A DNA stretch of 64,000 bases from Paragordius varius (GCA_964247055.1 OZ176053.1:12834001-12898000); one strand, 5' to 3'; positions 26,401 through 40,900 are shown, numbered from the stretch's first letter. The notes: a model not told the origin generated them from the letters alone. Program-made: numbers and translations.

Positions 26401-26829
26401 ACGCCTCACAACAAAACTCATAATTGTAATACAATTAAAAAGATTCTGTGAAAATAATATTAGATAGAAAATTAACAGAAAATATATATTATAATATAAA
26501 TTAAAAAAAATTAAACCAAAAATTAACGAGAAAAGAACAAAAAATAAATATATTGATAAATAAATAAAAATATAAATATAAAATGCGCTCTTTAGAAATG
26601 AAGGATGAGGGATAAGAATGATTCGGAGTGTGAAATATACTTTAAAAAAAATAATAATAACCTAAAAATTATCGTAACGGTAATGCCATAGATTAGTACC
26701 ACACTTTAGCATGCTCCAAATTATAAAAAATTCTTTTATAATAATATCATTTTTAACACAATATATATTTTCATTTAAATATACGGAAAGTAGATTGTTA
26801 TTAAAATATCTGTAAGTTTCACAAACTTA

Positions 26830-27080
26830 ATCATCGATAATGTTTTACAATTATTCTTTTGGTAAAATTGATTAATAAAATTTAGTAAACGCGTTATCTT
26901 CTAATGTATTCATTTTATTACCTAAATTACGATAAAAATGAGTTTTTTATATATTTTAACCGCATTTATTATTTATCCGAACTTTAACTATTGAGTAATG
27001 TGCTCAAAAATTTTTAATTTTCGTTTAAGCTTTAGAGTAATGTTCATTAAATTGAAATTCCATGGATGTTGATTTAGTAA
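26830..27080 (+). repeat. Dispersed repeat; inverted partner at ~54420-54690
   Basis: aacgcgttatcttctaatgtatt vs aatacattagaagaaaacgcgt; tgtgctcaaaaattt vs aaattttgagcata. Confidence 0.7.
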
Positions 27081-28559
27081 TTTATATTATCTGTGTATTA
27101 TAAAAATTATGCCACACAATTTTAATATATAAAACAACTAAAATTTTATTAAATAAATCTATATAAAATTTTAATTTCCAATTTAAATGATTTTGCTGCA
27201 AATAACGATGTTTTGGGATTTCTTATTTTATTGTGTTTTTGTGTATTTCGAGACCATTGAATAGAAATACACATCATTAAAATATAAGCTTTAAATCTAT
27301 AATTAAAATACGTTGAACCGCTTTAAAATTTGTCATAGTTTCCACCGTGGCATAGGTAATGGGTCAAGTCGATTACAAAGAACGTTTTTATATTTTCAGT
27401 CAAAACTTATTTATTCCTTAAATAATCTTTTACATATCTTTTAGTTCCAATGAACAAACTCAACTTTTTTAAATTTAATTGTTGTTTGTAAAAGCATATA
27501 ATAAAATTTTAAATTACATGTTTAGAAATAGGTTTGCTATCATCAATAATAATAACTTGTTAACAAGTTTTATTTGGTTTCGCCTCGTTTTATTTGTTGT
27601 TTATAACTTTTGCAAGCGCCGTTGTTTTATTTCACAGACATTTGTACTTACTTTGATAGCCAATTAACAACCATAATTTAAATTGTATATTTTCTTAACA
27701 TTTAATTTGGTTAACAAATACAACACGCCATTATTCACGTGACTAAATCTTAAACTATCATTTACTCTTCGTTAGTTTTGTCCTATTTTGATTAGTTTTT
27801 TTGAATTTCTGTAATAAAATTATATCATTTTCCGGTTATCCATATTCTTTGCAGACATTCAAATGTAAGTATAATTATCTTATTAGAGTATGTATGTATC
27901 TTCCAATTACATGATTGATTAATACAGTCTCGTATAATATTTGAACCTGCAAGAATTTTTTAATTTTTACTTAAGTTCAACATCTCCTTCTGTAAAGGAA
28001 ATCGCAATTTATTGTCAGGCTTTAAGTGTATTAATTATGTTTGGATAAAACAACAATAGTCAAAATTTTATGTGTATAATGATTGATTCTATAAACATTT
28101 ATTGATTAAATACATTTTAAACTAGATTTAGCCCCTTCAAATTACCAGTTATTTTAATTTAATAGTCTATTCAAATTTTATTGATATCATTAGCTGATTT
28201 TAACAAAATAATGAAACTAAAAAAATGTATTTTTAAAAATTCTTTTATATTATATAATTTTATATAAATATAATATATATTTTATACATGTTTCATTGTT
28301 GATCTTTTGATTTTATAAATGATTAATAAAGCTCGGTTTAGTTGTGTGATATAAAGAGAAAAATCAAAAAGTTATAATTGAATGACAAACATTAAAATTT
28401 TTAACTTAATACATTTGATAAGTAATACGCGAGATATTTTATTTGAAATTATATACATATTTTATGGTTTATTTTAAATATTATTGTAATTAATTTTAAA
28501 TATTACATGAACAGACATAATAATTTATCCAGTTAACCGGCCAATATGAAGTATCGTTA

Positions 28560-29930
28560 AGCTGAATGTTTTCATAATATTCAAATTAGTTTGGTTAATA
28601 AACAACACGCCATTTTTTACGTGACTAAATCTTGAACATTTGATTCTTCTCTTTACATTTTTTTCCCTAATTGGAATAATTCTGTTTTTAATAATTTATT
28701 AAATTTTTACTAACCTTCTTATCAAATTCTTGGGCATATTTGGTAAATATAAATTATATTATTTAAATTTTGATATATATTTATTGCAAGCTAAATTTTT
28801 TAATACATAAATTTGTTAAACCGTAATTCAATTAAATGATAATATCAAAAACAAAAATGTTTGTAACTAAATGACACGTTAATTTAAACTGGCTAAACTA
28901 TTTTCATAATTTGCCCTTGTCTTTGCATTATATGTTACAGATAAGGTGTTAAATGGTAGTAATGAAGGTAACTGCCGCGAAACACTTGTGTAACATTTAT
29001 ATGATTTTGGATTGATATTCGCAAACTTATATATTTAAGACATTTTGATCTGTAAGTTGCCTTGGTAATTTAAATGGTGATTTATAAATCTTTTCCTAAA
29101 GGCCAATGATTTTACCTAAAAATAAATATTTCTTGTTTTTTTAACTCTAGATGTCGAAAATGCTTTAATTCACCCTTATGAGTAAGTATACATTGCTAGA
29201 AAGTTATTAGTTATTGCCAAATAGTATATACAGCAAAGGTCATAATTATTGGCTAGGTAATTTTTTCACTTTTTACTATTTTTAGCCAATAATACCGTCC
29301 TTTTTACTATTTGGCAATTAATAACTTTCTAGAATTGTTTAATCAAACACCATAAACAAAAGTAATTAGTGAATTCAACGTTGGTATTTTATTTTATAAA
29401 TAAAACCATATTCCTTAGTTTGATAAGCGATTTCGCAGAAAAGCTAACTGAATATTTTATAACTAGATTTTACACGATTTTATTAAAAAATTTTGATTAC
29501 ATTAGTTGCCTTTTTTATGTTTACTATAGGACCTAAGACCATGATTTTAAAGACAAAGAAAGTTAAGTCTAAAGTTGAGAATTTTGTACTAAGAGGGATG
29601 CATCATCAATGATTTTAAAGTGTTTAAACGAAAAGAGTTATTTGTAATTGATGTTATTCTCAACGTGCCATATCATTCACTTGCAAAAAATATAAAAATA
29701 TTTAAAGAGAAACCGATAGTGAACCAGAACCAACATAGGGCAAACAGTCTTATAACTTCTATATAAATCGCGTAACTAGTGACCGGCCTAATTTTGTTTT
29801 TTAAAATATCCATCCCACTGAAAAAAACGCTTTTAATTTTATATATATTTTTGTCCTGATAAAAAATATAATAGGCAAAAATATATAGATAAAAATTTAG
29901 TTTCAAAAAAAGCTCCATATCAAACTACTA
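28560..29930 (+). repeat. Dispersed repeat family D, long copy (also ~27400-27830)
   Basis: Colinear with 59900-61110 (e.g. tagtgaccggcctaatt, tgccatatcattca, aaggccaatgattt). Confidence 0.8.
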
Positions 29931-31382
29931 CCCATTTTTATTTCACAACATTTTTCCAAAAAAATATTTTATCCCGCTACAAATAAAGCTAATTTATCTA
30001 AATCACCTATAAGAAATAATCTTTTTTTTACATTATGCTATGGCACCGTCATGTTGGTTGAATTTTCACGGCCAGATTTTTCTATTAATATATAAAGTTT
30101 TATATAATAATTCGAATTATACATTTGTCCTCAATGTTACATAAGTGCAAATTTTCGTAACGGTTTTTGGTTACATTTTTAGAAGGCCTAGTGTCACCAG
30201 GACGATTCGAATCGAAGGCCCGAAATGAATGTGGTTGTATCCAAGCGTTTAAACATTATTTTTGTTTTTAACTGCATCGATATACATTATTTAACAATTT
30301 GTTAGTGTATATTCAATATATATTTCAATTTGTGATATGTTAACGTTTATTTTCAAATTATTAAATTATTGTTTGTATTTTGTTACATCGACAATTTGTT
30401 AATTTGGATTTATTATTAATTCCACGCTTGAGCTTTATTATTCTTTTCGATAAAAGTAGGGTTAACATGTTAGATATTAGAGGTTCCACTTCTCTAAAAA
30501 TAGCTTTAAATAACCTTTTTGTGAGTAAAATTGCTTACTTTTTATTTGGCTAAAATGTTTATAATATTGATGCACTATTATCAAAACTTCGAAAAAAATG
30601 CAAATGTTATGAGTGTATCGGAAATGTCGATCAAAAACGCATCTTGAGATGGATTTCAGTAAATGATTATACCTAAAAAATAGTAGGATAAATTTTTATT
30701 GGATAATTGAAATTTTATAATATAAGGATTGTTTAAACAATGGTTTAGGTATCTTTTTAGATTCCATCATATCATATATTAGGAAATATAATAGGCAAAT
30801 ATTTTTTATAATTTTTACATGTTTTGCATAAACCAACCAAATAAGAACACTTTGGACCTTTCCTTTATAAATTTCAAAGGCTCTTATAACGCTTCATCAA
30901 AATGTTGATATTAAAACTTTTGACATTTGTATCCTACCGATATCAATTAAGTTATAATGCAATTTAAACAATGTTTTTAGATATATTTTCAGAGTACTTA
31001 ACCTTTAAATAAATTTCTTTCATTTTTGGTATTTATTAAGGCTGTTGGTATTTATATACAAAAAATTATATAAATATTAAGACATTTGTGTTATTGCAGA
31101 TTAAATAATTTCAAAACAACCTCAAAATACAATTTCAAACGATATGTCAGGGCCCAATAAAAAAGGTTCTATTAAATTTACCATTAAATTTTTATGATTT
31201 GATTATCAAAATTTTTTTACATAATATAATTTTTGATCAAAACAAAAAAATCGATGCTACCTTGAAATAATACTTTTGTTATTTATTTTGCTAACTAAAA
31301 TATGTAATATTTGGTATGATTGTTTAACGGTCTGAAAATAAATCCACACAGTGATCGATTTTTACTATACATGATGGGATTA

Positions 31383-34300
31383 CAGTATGCATTTTAATGT
31401 ATGTTAAGTAATTTTATTGCCAGTCAAATAACATAAATTTATCAAATGCTTAAAATACTGCAAACAATTTTTTTCGTAGCACACATATGAAAAAGGATTG
31501 ACGTGAGAATTACATATTTTAATTTGATGGATATTTTGTAATGATAAATTTTGAGAATATTATAGCAATTTATGTTAACATTTGAACTATTGATGTTAGG
31601 TATTTAGATGCGGAATTTTGTGGATTATTCTCTTTAATAAATTAAATATAAAAAAATAGGGATTTTAAGATTATTTTCGTTAATTATTCCTAATTAAATT
31701 TAATAATTTATATTTTTTATGATAAATACCTGTATTAATCAAAATTGGTATTGTTATTTTATATTGTTATTACTAATAAATAAAACATGCTAATATATAT
31801 TTGTGAAAAATAAAGTATTAGATTGTTTTTTAATATTAATATTTAAGTATTTCAGACATTTTATTTAGGTAAAAATTTTAATAAATTTAGTCAAGTTTAA
31901 TTTTTTTTGTTTTTTAATTTTAATTGTGATTAATATTACATATTTTGGACATTTTAAGAAATAGAGGTAAAAATTACCGTTTTAAATTAGTAAAAATTTA
32001 ATTCTTTTCTGTTAAGTTTTGCATTGTTAATCGTAATTAATTACTACATATTTTGTACATTATAAATATAGGTAAAAATTTCGGTTTTTGGTAAATTAAG
32101 TAAAAATTTAATATTTTTCTGTTTTTTAGGTTTTATGTTAATTGTAATTTTATGACATAAAATGGAAATTTTAATAATTACAGGTAAAAATTGTGGTTTT
32201 TAATAAATTTGTACAAATTTATTTTTTTTTTGTTTTATTTAACATTGTTAAAAATTAATTCCTACATATTTTGAACATTTAAATAGTTACAAAAATTGTG
32301 GTTTTTAATAAATTTAGTCAAATATAATTTTTGTTTTATTTATTTTGTTAATTTTAAATAATTTTATTTTGACATACTATAATAAAGATAGGTAAAATTA
32401 TTCAGATCTAAGAATTTTTTGTTTATCTATATTGCATTGAAAATAAATAATAATTTTAATATATTTTTGCTATAATTATAAAAACAGGTAGAAAATACTT
32501 GGGTTAAGAAATTTTTTTATTATTTTTTAGTTATATTGAAAATTTTACAAAAATTTTTGTTATATTAATAAATACAGGTAAATATATTATAGTTTAAGAA
32601 AATTTATGTTTTTCCAATTTGTTTTTAAGGTATTGCACTGTTAATTAATTATATTAATATTTTTGACATACATTAATAAAGACAGATATTCAATGTTTTT
32701 CGGTTTTATATTTAAAAATACCCACCAAAAATAATCTATATTCACATAAAACATCGCTGTATAGATGCATAAATATATTTTATAAATTTTAGTGGTTAAA
32801 ATACTAATTAAATAACTCAAAATATTCTCCACCGATATTTTTCAATCAAAGCTATAAACAATAAGGAAACAATTTTTAATTATAGATAAATTTATTTTAA
32901 ATCTATTATCATAATATAGATCAAAAATTGATGTTGAAAGCATTTTTTGAAATTAGCATTCTTATTGATTTTAATACAGGTACTTTGATGATTTTAATAT
33001 TGGTACACGATGCCGTGTGCGTTCATGGTGATCTTAACTCTTAGATTAAGATATCATGAGATGCCAAAAATAACTAGGAAATGTAGATAATCATGAAAAT
33101 TACAATCATCTTCATTTTCTGGGATGATTATATCAATTAAAATATAAGATAGAAACGTTTTTGATTAAAGTATTAGAAAATTAATACCTGGATAGAAATA
33201 TTTTCAACATAATTATGTTAAAACATTCAAAGTTTGAAAGGGGACTAAAGGTTGACCTGGTTTCTCAACAACTTTTGCAAAAAAATATTTTTTACATGAT
33301 AAAAAATTAAAAATGATATTTTATGTTTTTGCCTTTTCGTTCTACCAGCCAAATTTTAAAAAATATGAAAAGGCTTATATATTAATGACGTCAAATAGAA
33401 AATAGACCAAAAACTAGGCAAAAAGAACACTAACATTGTTTTTTGTTGAAGAATAGTTTTTCATATTTAGTTTAGGATGGTAGAACTAAAACGCAAATTG
33501 AACGCATGAAATATCATTTTTAAATTTTTTTTCATTAATAAAATTTTTTTTATTTACTTGGTAAAAGTGCAGGTCAACCTTATTTAGTACCCTTTCAAAC
33601 TTTGCAATATTCAAAATTACAATAAAAATACTTCTAGAATCCAGGTATCAATTTTTCAATACTAAATACGTTTCTATCCTATACTTTAGTTGTTTTAATC
33701 ATCCCAGAAAATGATGGTGATTGTAATTTTCACGATTATCTACATTTCCTAGTGATTTTTTGGATCTCAAGATATTCCTTAATCTTTTATGATCACCATG
33801 AACGCACATTGTATTTATTAAAATTTCCAAAATTTGAAGTTAATTACAATTTACAATGTTAAATAAAAAAAACATAAAAAACTAAATTGGGCTAAATTAC
33901 GTAAAACGTAATTTCTATCTGCATTTATAAAAATATATTAAAATTTATTAATAATTAACAATACAAAACATAAAAAAAGAATATCTACTTAAATTTTATT
34001 CCTAATAATATATATTAATATATTAAAATACTAAAAAATTAATTAACAATGCAAAAACTAAAAAACAAAACAATCTAAAATCTAATTAAATTTTTACAAA
34101 ATATATATTCCTATGTTTTTTTAATTAGTACAGTAATAACTATATAAAAAAATAATAAATTTTCGATTAATACAGGTATTTATCCTGTTAAAAATATTAA
34201 TTATTAGATTTAATTAGGATTATTTAACATAAATATTCTTAAAATACCTATTATTTATTAATTTATTAAAGATGAAAACCCATAAAATTCCGCATCTGAA

Positions 34301-34514
34301 TACGTAACAATAATATTAATGATAACATATGCTATAATATCCCCAAAATTTATCATTACAAAATATCCATCAAATTAAAACTATGTTAATTCTCACGTCA
34401 ATCCTCATTCATATGTGTACTATGAAATACTTTTGTGGATCAGTATTTTACGCATTTGATAAACCAGTTTTGACTGGCAATAAAATTACCTAACATACAT
34501 TAAAATGCATATTG
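31383..34514. mobile_element. 3.1 kb foldback element with TA TSD and very long asymmetric TIRs
   Basis: TA|CAGTATGCATTTTAATGTATGTTA..TAACATACATTAAAATGCATATTG|TA. Outer arms 31383-~31900 vs ~33950-34514; inner arms 33017-33348 vs 33478-33808; ~130-bp spacer. Confidence 0.85.
31860..32620 (+). repeat. ~100-bp minisatellite (~8 degenerate units) inside the foldback left arm
   Basis: aggtaaaa-initiated units at ~31867, 31965, 32070, 32182, 32285, 32390, 32486 and 32576. Confidence 0.7.
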
Positions 34515-34519
34515 TATAT

Positions 34520-36380
34520 ACATTAATAAAATATAAATTTATTAATATATCTATAGACTCTCCTTTAAACTGGCTAGATTTAGAAATCGGTATGTCTTAC
34601 TATTCATTATTTTTTATTATAATTTTGTACATATTAAAAAATATAATATCAACTATACTTTGGCAAAGCATTTATTTAATTGTAATAATCTTAGTTTAAT
34701 TTTAAAATATTACCACTTTTCATTTTTTCTCGCTATTTTGGGTGTTTTAGACCACATTACTATTGTATTATGGTTTTTTAATTAATATTTAAAAATCAAA
34801 TCATCTACTCTTGTATTAGAATTGAACAGCTCGATAAAAATCTCAAATATTAAAAAGATTTTAATAAAATATAAGTTGAAAGCTTTCCACAGTAAATTAA
34901 CATCTAATACACAATTATTTAGGTTTAGACTTTTAAGAATAATGGCGCGAAAAGGTTTGAGACGAAGAAAGTTTTTACTTTTTCCATTTATAAACTAACG
35001 AGTAAGAAGTTGGGACCTGACGCTGTCAAATACAAAAATATTTAGCAAGTTTAGGGGCAAAATTAAACGGATTTTAGGTGGATCATCGTACAAAAAATAT
35101 TATTTTTCAGTAAAAACAACATTTTTTTATCCACAAGCAGAACCTTGCACAAAACCCTTTTTAAATAAGCATATTTTAATGTTTTTATGTTGTTTTCGGT
35201 ATTGAATAAAAATTAACAATAACACAGTGTTTTTACTATACTTTGATGCGATTATTACCCATGTATAAAATATTTTCATAACCATTTACGGAATAAAAAA
35301 TCTGTTTCAAATAGGATAATAAAAATCACTTTATTATTAGGGTGTTTTTTAATAATTTTAATGCTATGCTGGTATATTTTACTCTTAATAGATAATCCAA
35401 TAGCAAAAGCCAAAAAAAACCCAGGTATACTTATTTTTAATATTTATCCTATAAATTAAAACAAATAATAACATTAAAATAAATAAATTTATATCTATAG
35501 AGCTCTCACTCAATTTATTGGATTTGTCGGGTATGTTTTATTTTACATATTCGTTTTAACATAATATTTTTATATAATTAAAAATATAGACCACATAGAA
35601 TATACTAAAATATGGTTTTTTGATTAATATTTAATTATCAAACCATCTACTCCAGTATTAAATTAAGAAATAAAATTTCCACAATTTCTAACTTTTTAAG
35701 TCCAAAATTAAAATATCGAACTGCTCGATGAAAATCTAATATATCAAAAAGATTTTGGTAAAAAAGTAGCTTTCCTCAGTAAATTAACATCTAATATTCA
35801 TTCACGTTTATAATAAAATGGGGCGTAAATGATAGAAAAATGGAAATCACTTTAATATTATTTTAACGTGATTTTTTCGATAATAATTTTAATGCTATGC
35901 TGGTATAATTTATGCTTAATAGATAATCCAATACCAGAACCCAAAAAAACTCCAGGTATACTTATTATTAATATTCATCTTACAAAAACAAATAATATAT
36001 ACATTAAAATAAATTAATTTATAATATATCTATAGACCCCTCTCTTAACTGGCTAGATTTAGAAACAGGTATGTTTATCACTACTTTTTTTAATATTTTG
36101 TACATACAACTATTTGAAACATTTATTTACTTGTAATTATGTCAGTTTATTCCTAGATTCTAACACTTTTTACTTTTTATCGCGATTATATTTTGGGCTA
36201 GTTTTAGACCCCAGATATTAAAGTAAAATTATGTTTTTTCGTTAACATTTAATGACCAAACCAATTAATCCTGTTTTAGGTATGGAAAAATTTCTACAGT
36301 TTTTTTGACTTGGGAACAGTTCTATAGAAATCTAAAAATATTAAAAAATATTTGGTAAAATAATTGAAAGTTAAGTAGAT
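34520..36380 (+). repeat. Three degenerate tandem copies of a ~535-bp unit
   Basis: ttttaatgctatgctggtata at ~35356 and ~35891; atctatagac..ctggctagatttagaaa at ~34550 and ~36030. Confidence 0.7.
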
Positions 36381-36899
36381 TTAAGTATATTCTACTAATT
36401 TTTTAACCAAAATATACATTTTTTGAAAAATTTATTTTTAGATGTGAGCTTTAAAAGTACCAAACTTTTTCCTCTGTAAAAATAAATGGTCCTTTTAAAA
36501 TAAAAGCGATTGCGGGGATTGCATGATAATTAATAAAAATATTTTTTATGAATAATTTGTTAAAAAATTTATTAACAAAATTCAGTTCAAGTGTTCGTAC
36601 TATTTTAAGTCATTAACGAAACGGTTAAATAAAGCTTTAAAATATAATAAAAACCCTTTCTCTAATTAATTCAATGATGCTGATTTCTATCTCAAAATTA
36701 TTAAAACGTTTGTTTTTCTTCAATATAGTAAATTGATATTGCATTTTTCACGAAAATTTACCGGATTCATTAAGCACATCAACTCTCCAAATAAAATTCT
36801 GAAGCGATAGATAAAATTAATGAGCATTAAATCGACAAAAGAATCACCATTTTTATATATAGTTAAAGTAAATGGCTCAAACTCTATAAATGATTTTAA

Positions 36900-38480
36900 A
36901 AATTTAAATAGTTAATTTATATTGTATCTGATGATCGGTTATTTTGTAAAACCTTTTTCAGGATCAAGAAATTTTAAAACAAAAATAATAACATAAAATG
37001 GTGACAATGATGTATGGTAAAGGTGTCTCTAACTAGCGAAAAAACAGTAAACATTACTGGAAATAACTAGTTATAAACACCCTTAATTAATGGATGGATG
37101 GATTACACAATTTTTTAATAAGTAAGATAATAAATAATTGTGTTATGGTTGCATCATAAATTATTATATAAGATGTTGGACAACACCATACCGTCAGCAC
37201 GGTTGAGATTTGCATTTTGATTTTATTTCAATAGCTTCACGTTAAATGGTTTTGAACGATCTTTAATGTTAGCGAATTCTTTAGCTATGTGGTGACCTAG
37301 AACAAATGTGTTTAGCAAGTCCGGAATTAAATAATTATATATATTGTGTATGTTCTTAATCTTTGATCAATGGTGCGACCGGTTTCTTCGTTTGACATAA
37401 ACACCATCACAGGAGCAGACAAGTTTATAATCATCTGGTTTCTTTTTTCGGGAGGGATAGAGTCTTTATATTTATGTGATTGATAAATTTAGAGGTTTTT
37501 TTATATATTTTTTAATCTGTTAAATAGGTGACCGATATTTGTGGTTCATTTTTAATAAAGGGTAGAGAGGCAGTTGCAAATAAATCATTTGATTGTTGTT
37601 TAGTTGTGTATTGTGGATTCTATTGAGAATCGGGGTGGGTAGCCATTTTGTTGGAAAGATTGACGAAAGTGGTTTGTTTCGGGTCGCAGTAAGCCGGGAG
37701 TCGCATATTTCTTGAGCTCGGTGGATTAGAATTTTAATAATTGATCTTTTTTGGCTGGGGTATGATGAGAGTCGGCATTGAGGTAAAGGTTGGTCTGAGC
37801 TATACAGTAAATCCGAGTTTTTCTTTTTTTGTTTTCATAACAAAGATGTTTAAGAAGATTATAGTTTTATTAAATTCCATGGTAAATTATTTATTATTTA
37901 TATTATTTTTAAAATTTAAAAATTGCCATAACTTATCCTATCCTATCCATGGGGCCAAATTGCAAACACATCATCGAAATATCGTAGCCAATGACTTGGA
38001 ACTAGAGATGGAATTAAAGATTGTTTTCAAACATATATAGATCGGTAAGGGAAATGCTTGACCCCATAGATGGGTAATATTGAGGTAAAATTGGTTGTTA
38101 ATAGAAAAAAAGGTATTAAAAAGACATATTTTAAATATTCGGGAATATCAGGGTGTTAATCCTTGTTTGTTAAATTGTTTAATTTTTTAATTTGTTTTTA
38201 AGATTTCTATTGAAGACAGACGTACATCAAACGTTACAACTATCGGTATTTTTGATGTTCATTATTTGATTTTTTTAAGATATCTGTTGAGTTCTTGAAA
38301 AAAATGTGGTTCTGTACGCAAATGGTTTTAGGTACTTGAGCAGTTGTTTGGAACGTAAATTTGTCGGCGAGTGATATTACTCACAATAGGACGAGATAGT
38401 ATATAAACTTTAGGTAGACCGTAAATCCGCGGGGATTGTAAATAAGGTGTGGCTGCTATTTTCTGTTTCTAATAATAATG
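36900..38480 (-). mobile_element. Penelope-like element, 5'-truncated and decayed (RT + GIY-YIG)
   Basis: Minus strand: PRIYGLPKV..SRPIVSNI (~38380-38440), LPMGS (~38065), RYFDDVFAIWPHG (~37945-37985), YKLVCSCDGVYV..ETGRTIDQRL (~37355-37430) and EAIEI..LNRADG (~37190-37250). Confidence 0.88.
36932..36970 (-). ncRNA. Hammerhead ribozyme remnant in the Penelope 3' region (GAAA/stem III deleted)
   Basis: TTCTTGATC CTGAAAAA GGTT ttacaaaat AACC GATCA: CUGA-like core, 4-bp stem II, 5-bp stem I (TGATC/GATCA). Confidence 0.4.
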
Positions 38481-39722
38481 ATTGCTTTAAATAAATTAAC
38501 TATTTATTTTTTTATTTATACGCGTTTTTGCCATTTACTGTAACTAATCAAATTATATGGTTTTTATACCATTTCCATCATATTTTAAACTAGTATGAAA
38601 TAATAAACATAATATTGCTAATTAAATTTTTGTGTGCATTTTTAAAATATTTTTAATTTCAAAAAAATTTTCATATATTTGTGATTTTTATCCGGCAACC
38701 TCGGCATTTTTGCTTTCTCTGTCTAAAAAATAACATTGAAAAATTTATCACACTGTTGTGGTAATGGTAAAACCACACTTTTTTAAATAAAATTTTTTTT
38801 GGTGAAAGCAGGCTTCATTTCAAATATTACTAAATATTATAGTAGAAAAGATATACAATATTTTCATAAAAAGTTAATTTTAAATGTAAGTTCCGTAAGT
38901 CTTTTTGTGCTGGACTGGTTCTTCTATAATAAATCCTGAAACGCCGGGATAGCACGATAAAAATTGTAGACATTTAAAACAATATTTTTTTAAAAAGGAT
39001 ATTTTTTTAAAAATTTTTACCAAAATTTCGTTGAAAGCTATTTCATGCTTGTTTGAAGATGGAAACTGGATCAAAACGCAAAAAAAAACATTTTTTTTAT
39101 CATAATTAGATGATGATGAACATTTCTATCACCTCAGAATTTAGATTAAAATATTAGTTTGTCTTCAAATTTATGCCATTTATAAATTTTTTTTAAAAAA
39201 ATTCCCTAAAATTTGAAAAACGAACCTTTCTGCGATAGTAATGTTCAGCATTATCAAAAGATTGCCAATATCCCTGACCGTTTTTCAACTGCTTCCGCAA
39301 TGCCTCAAAGTACTATCTAGTACGCTTCAACCAAATTTTCTAAAAATTAAATTAAAAATACATTTAAAAGATATTTTTAGTAGAGAAAATTTGCTTATAT
39401 TTCAGCTTTTTATTGCGCAATATAGGCATTTTTGCTTTTAATTTCAGAAAACTAGCTATTTTAGAAGAGCGAACAATTTTGCGACTCTTGAAGCCCACAT
39501 CTAAAATTAATTTTAAAAAATATTGTTTTATTTTTTTAGATAGTTAATGATATATTTTAGTGATATTTGGACTGAAGCATTTAGCCTTCATCAAAAAATT
39601 TAAATAAACTTAAAATTTGCCATTTTCTTATATTAATCTCTGACCACAAAAATGTAAATAACTTTCTTATTTCAATAGTAATTGCCAAACCAAAAGCGCC
39701 ATGATTCGATACATTCTCTTAT

Positions 39723-39724
<2 letters not shown>

Positions 39725-39763
<39 letters not shown>
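39725..39763. repeat. (AT)n microsatellite
   Basis: Perfect AT run. Confidence 0.95.
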
Positions 39764-39768
<5 letters not shown>

Positions 39769-40900
39769 CAGGCTATATTTTTATATCTCTAACCTGTGGT
39801 ATGAGTTCAACCCATTTTATAAGAAAAAAAAATGCTTACGAAGCCCACACATGTAAAAATTAAAATTTCAAATAATGTTTTGCATTTTATATAATATTTT
39901 TGGAATAATTTTAGCTTTCATTTAATATTTTAAACAAAATATGCGAAATATTTACCATTTTGTAATATGGGGCACTTACCATAAAAGCGCAAATGCGTGA
40001 GGGCTAACACCAAAAACACCATGATAAGCCTGAGAGATTTTAATATTATATATCTTTCATCAGGAGGCACTGTGTATATGCTCTATACTGCGCAACATTT
40101 CGCGTAGCTTTCCCTTCGAATAAACCTTTAATATTTCTATATTTGTTAGATACAACCGAAATTCAACAAAATAAGGTGCCCAAAAAGGTAAAATTTATCA
40201 TTCAAAAATTAACAATACCATAATTTGTGTCAAAATTATTATGTTAATCATTAACAAACTGTTTTCCTTAATGCAAAATGTATTAAACCAGGCATGTCCA
40301 ACACAATTTTTCCATAAAGTATTTAAATAAAATTAAGAATTATAATATCAAAGAGTATTATTGTAAAAATGTTTTATTAAATTTTTATGTTAATGTCACA
40401 ACCTGCATTCAGAAATTCCCTAGTTTTTTCATATATTTTATTTAGTAATAACTACCTTCTGTAAATTTGAATAAATTATTTATTAAAAAAAGTCTGATAA
40501 CGTTATAATCAACTACAGTGATAAATCTCATATGCAAAATTTATTTTTTGAGCATGTATTATTAAATAATAATCTTTTTATAAAATTTAGCGTATAATAT
40601 TAATTCTTAGCGCAGTCTCAGTATTCGTCGGCGACCAATCTTAAAAGTTATTTTAATAATATTCGCTTATTATAGTTGATATAAGTAATGATATTGAATG
40701 AAGCCATTTTTCCATTATGTAAAATATCCATAAATTTTCATATATTTTGGTGTAGGTTAATACCAACAAAGTGGTCACTTTGTCGCTAAAATCAAAATAA
40801 AAATAATGATATAAACATATATATATTTATATATTAAAAATCACTTTTTTATATGTCCACCGTGGTATAAATAATATAATATTGATTTTTATTATTTTAG

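Noticed and set aside
36928-36966. CTGATGA on the + strand next to the Penelope element
   Set aside because: No GAAA and no stem II on this strand; the minus-strand reading fits better.
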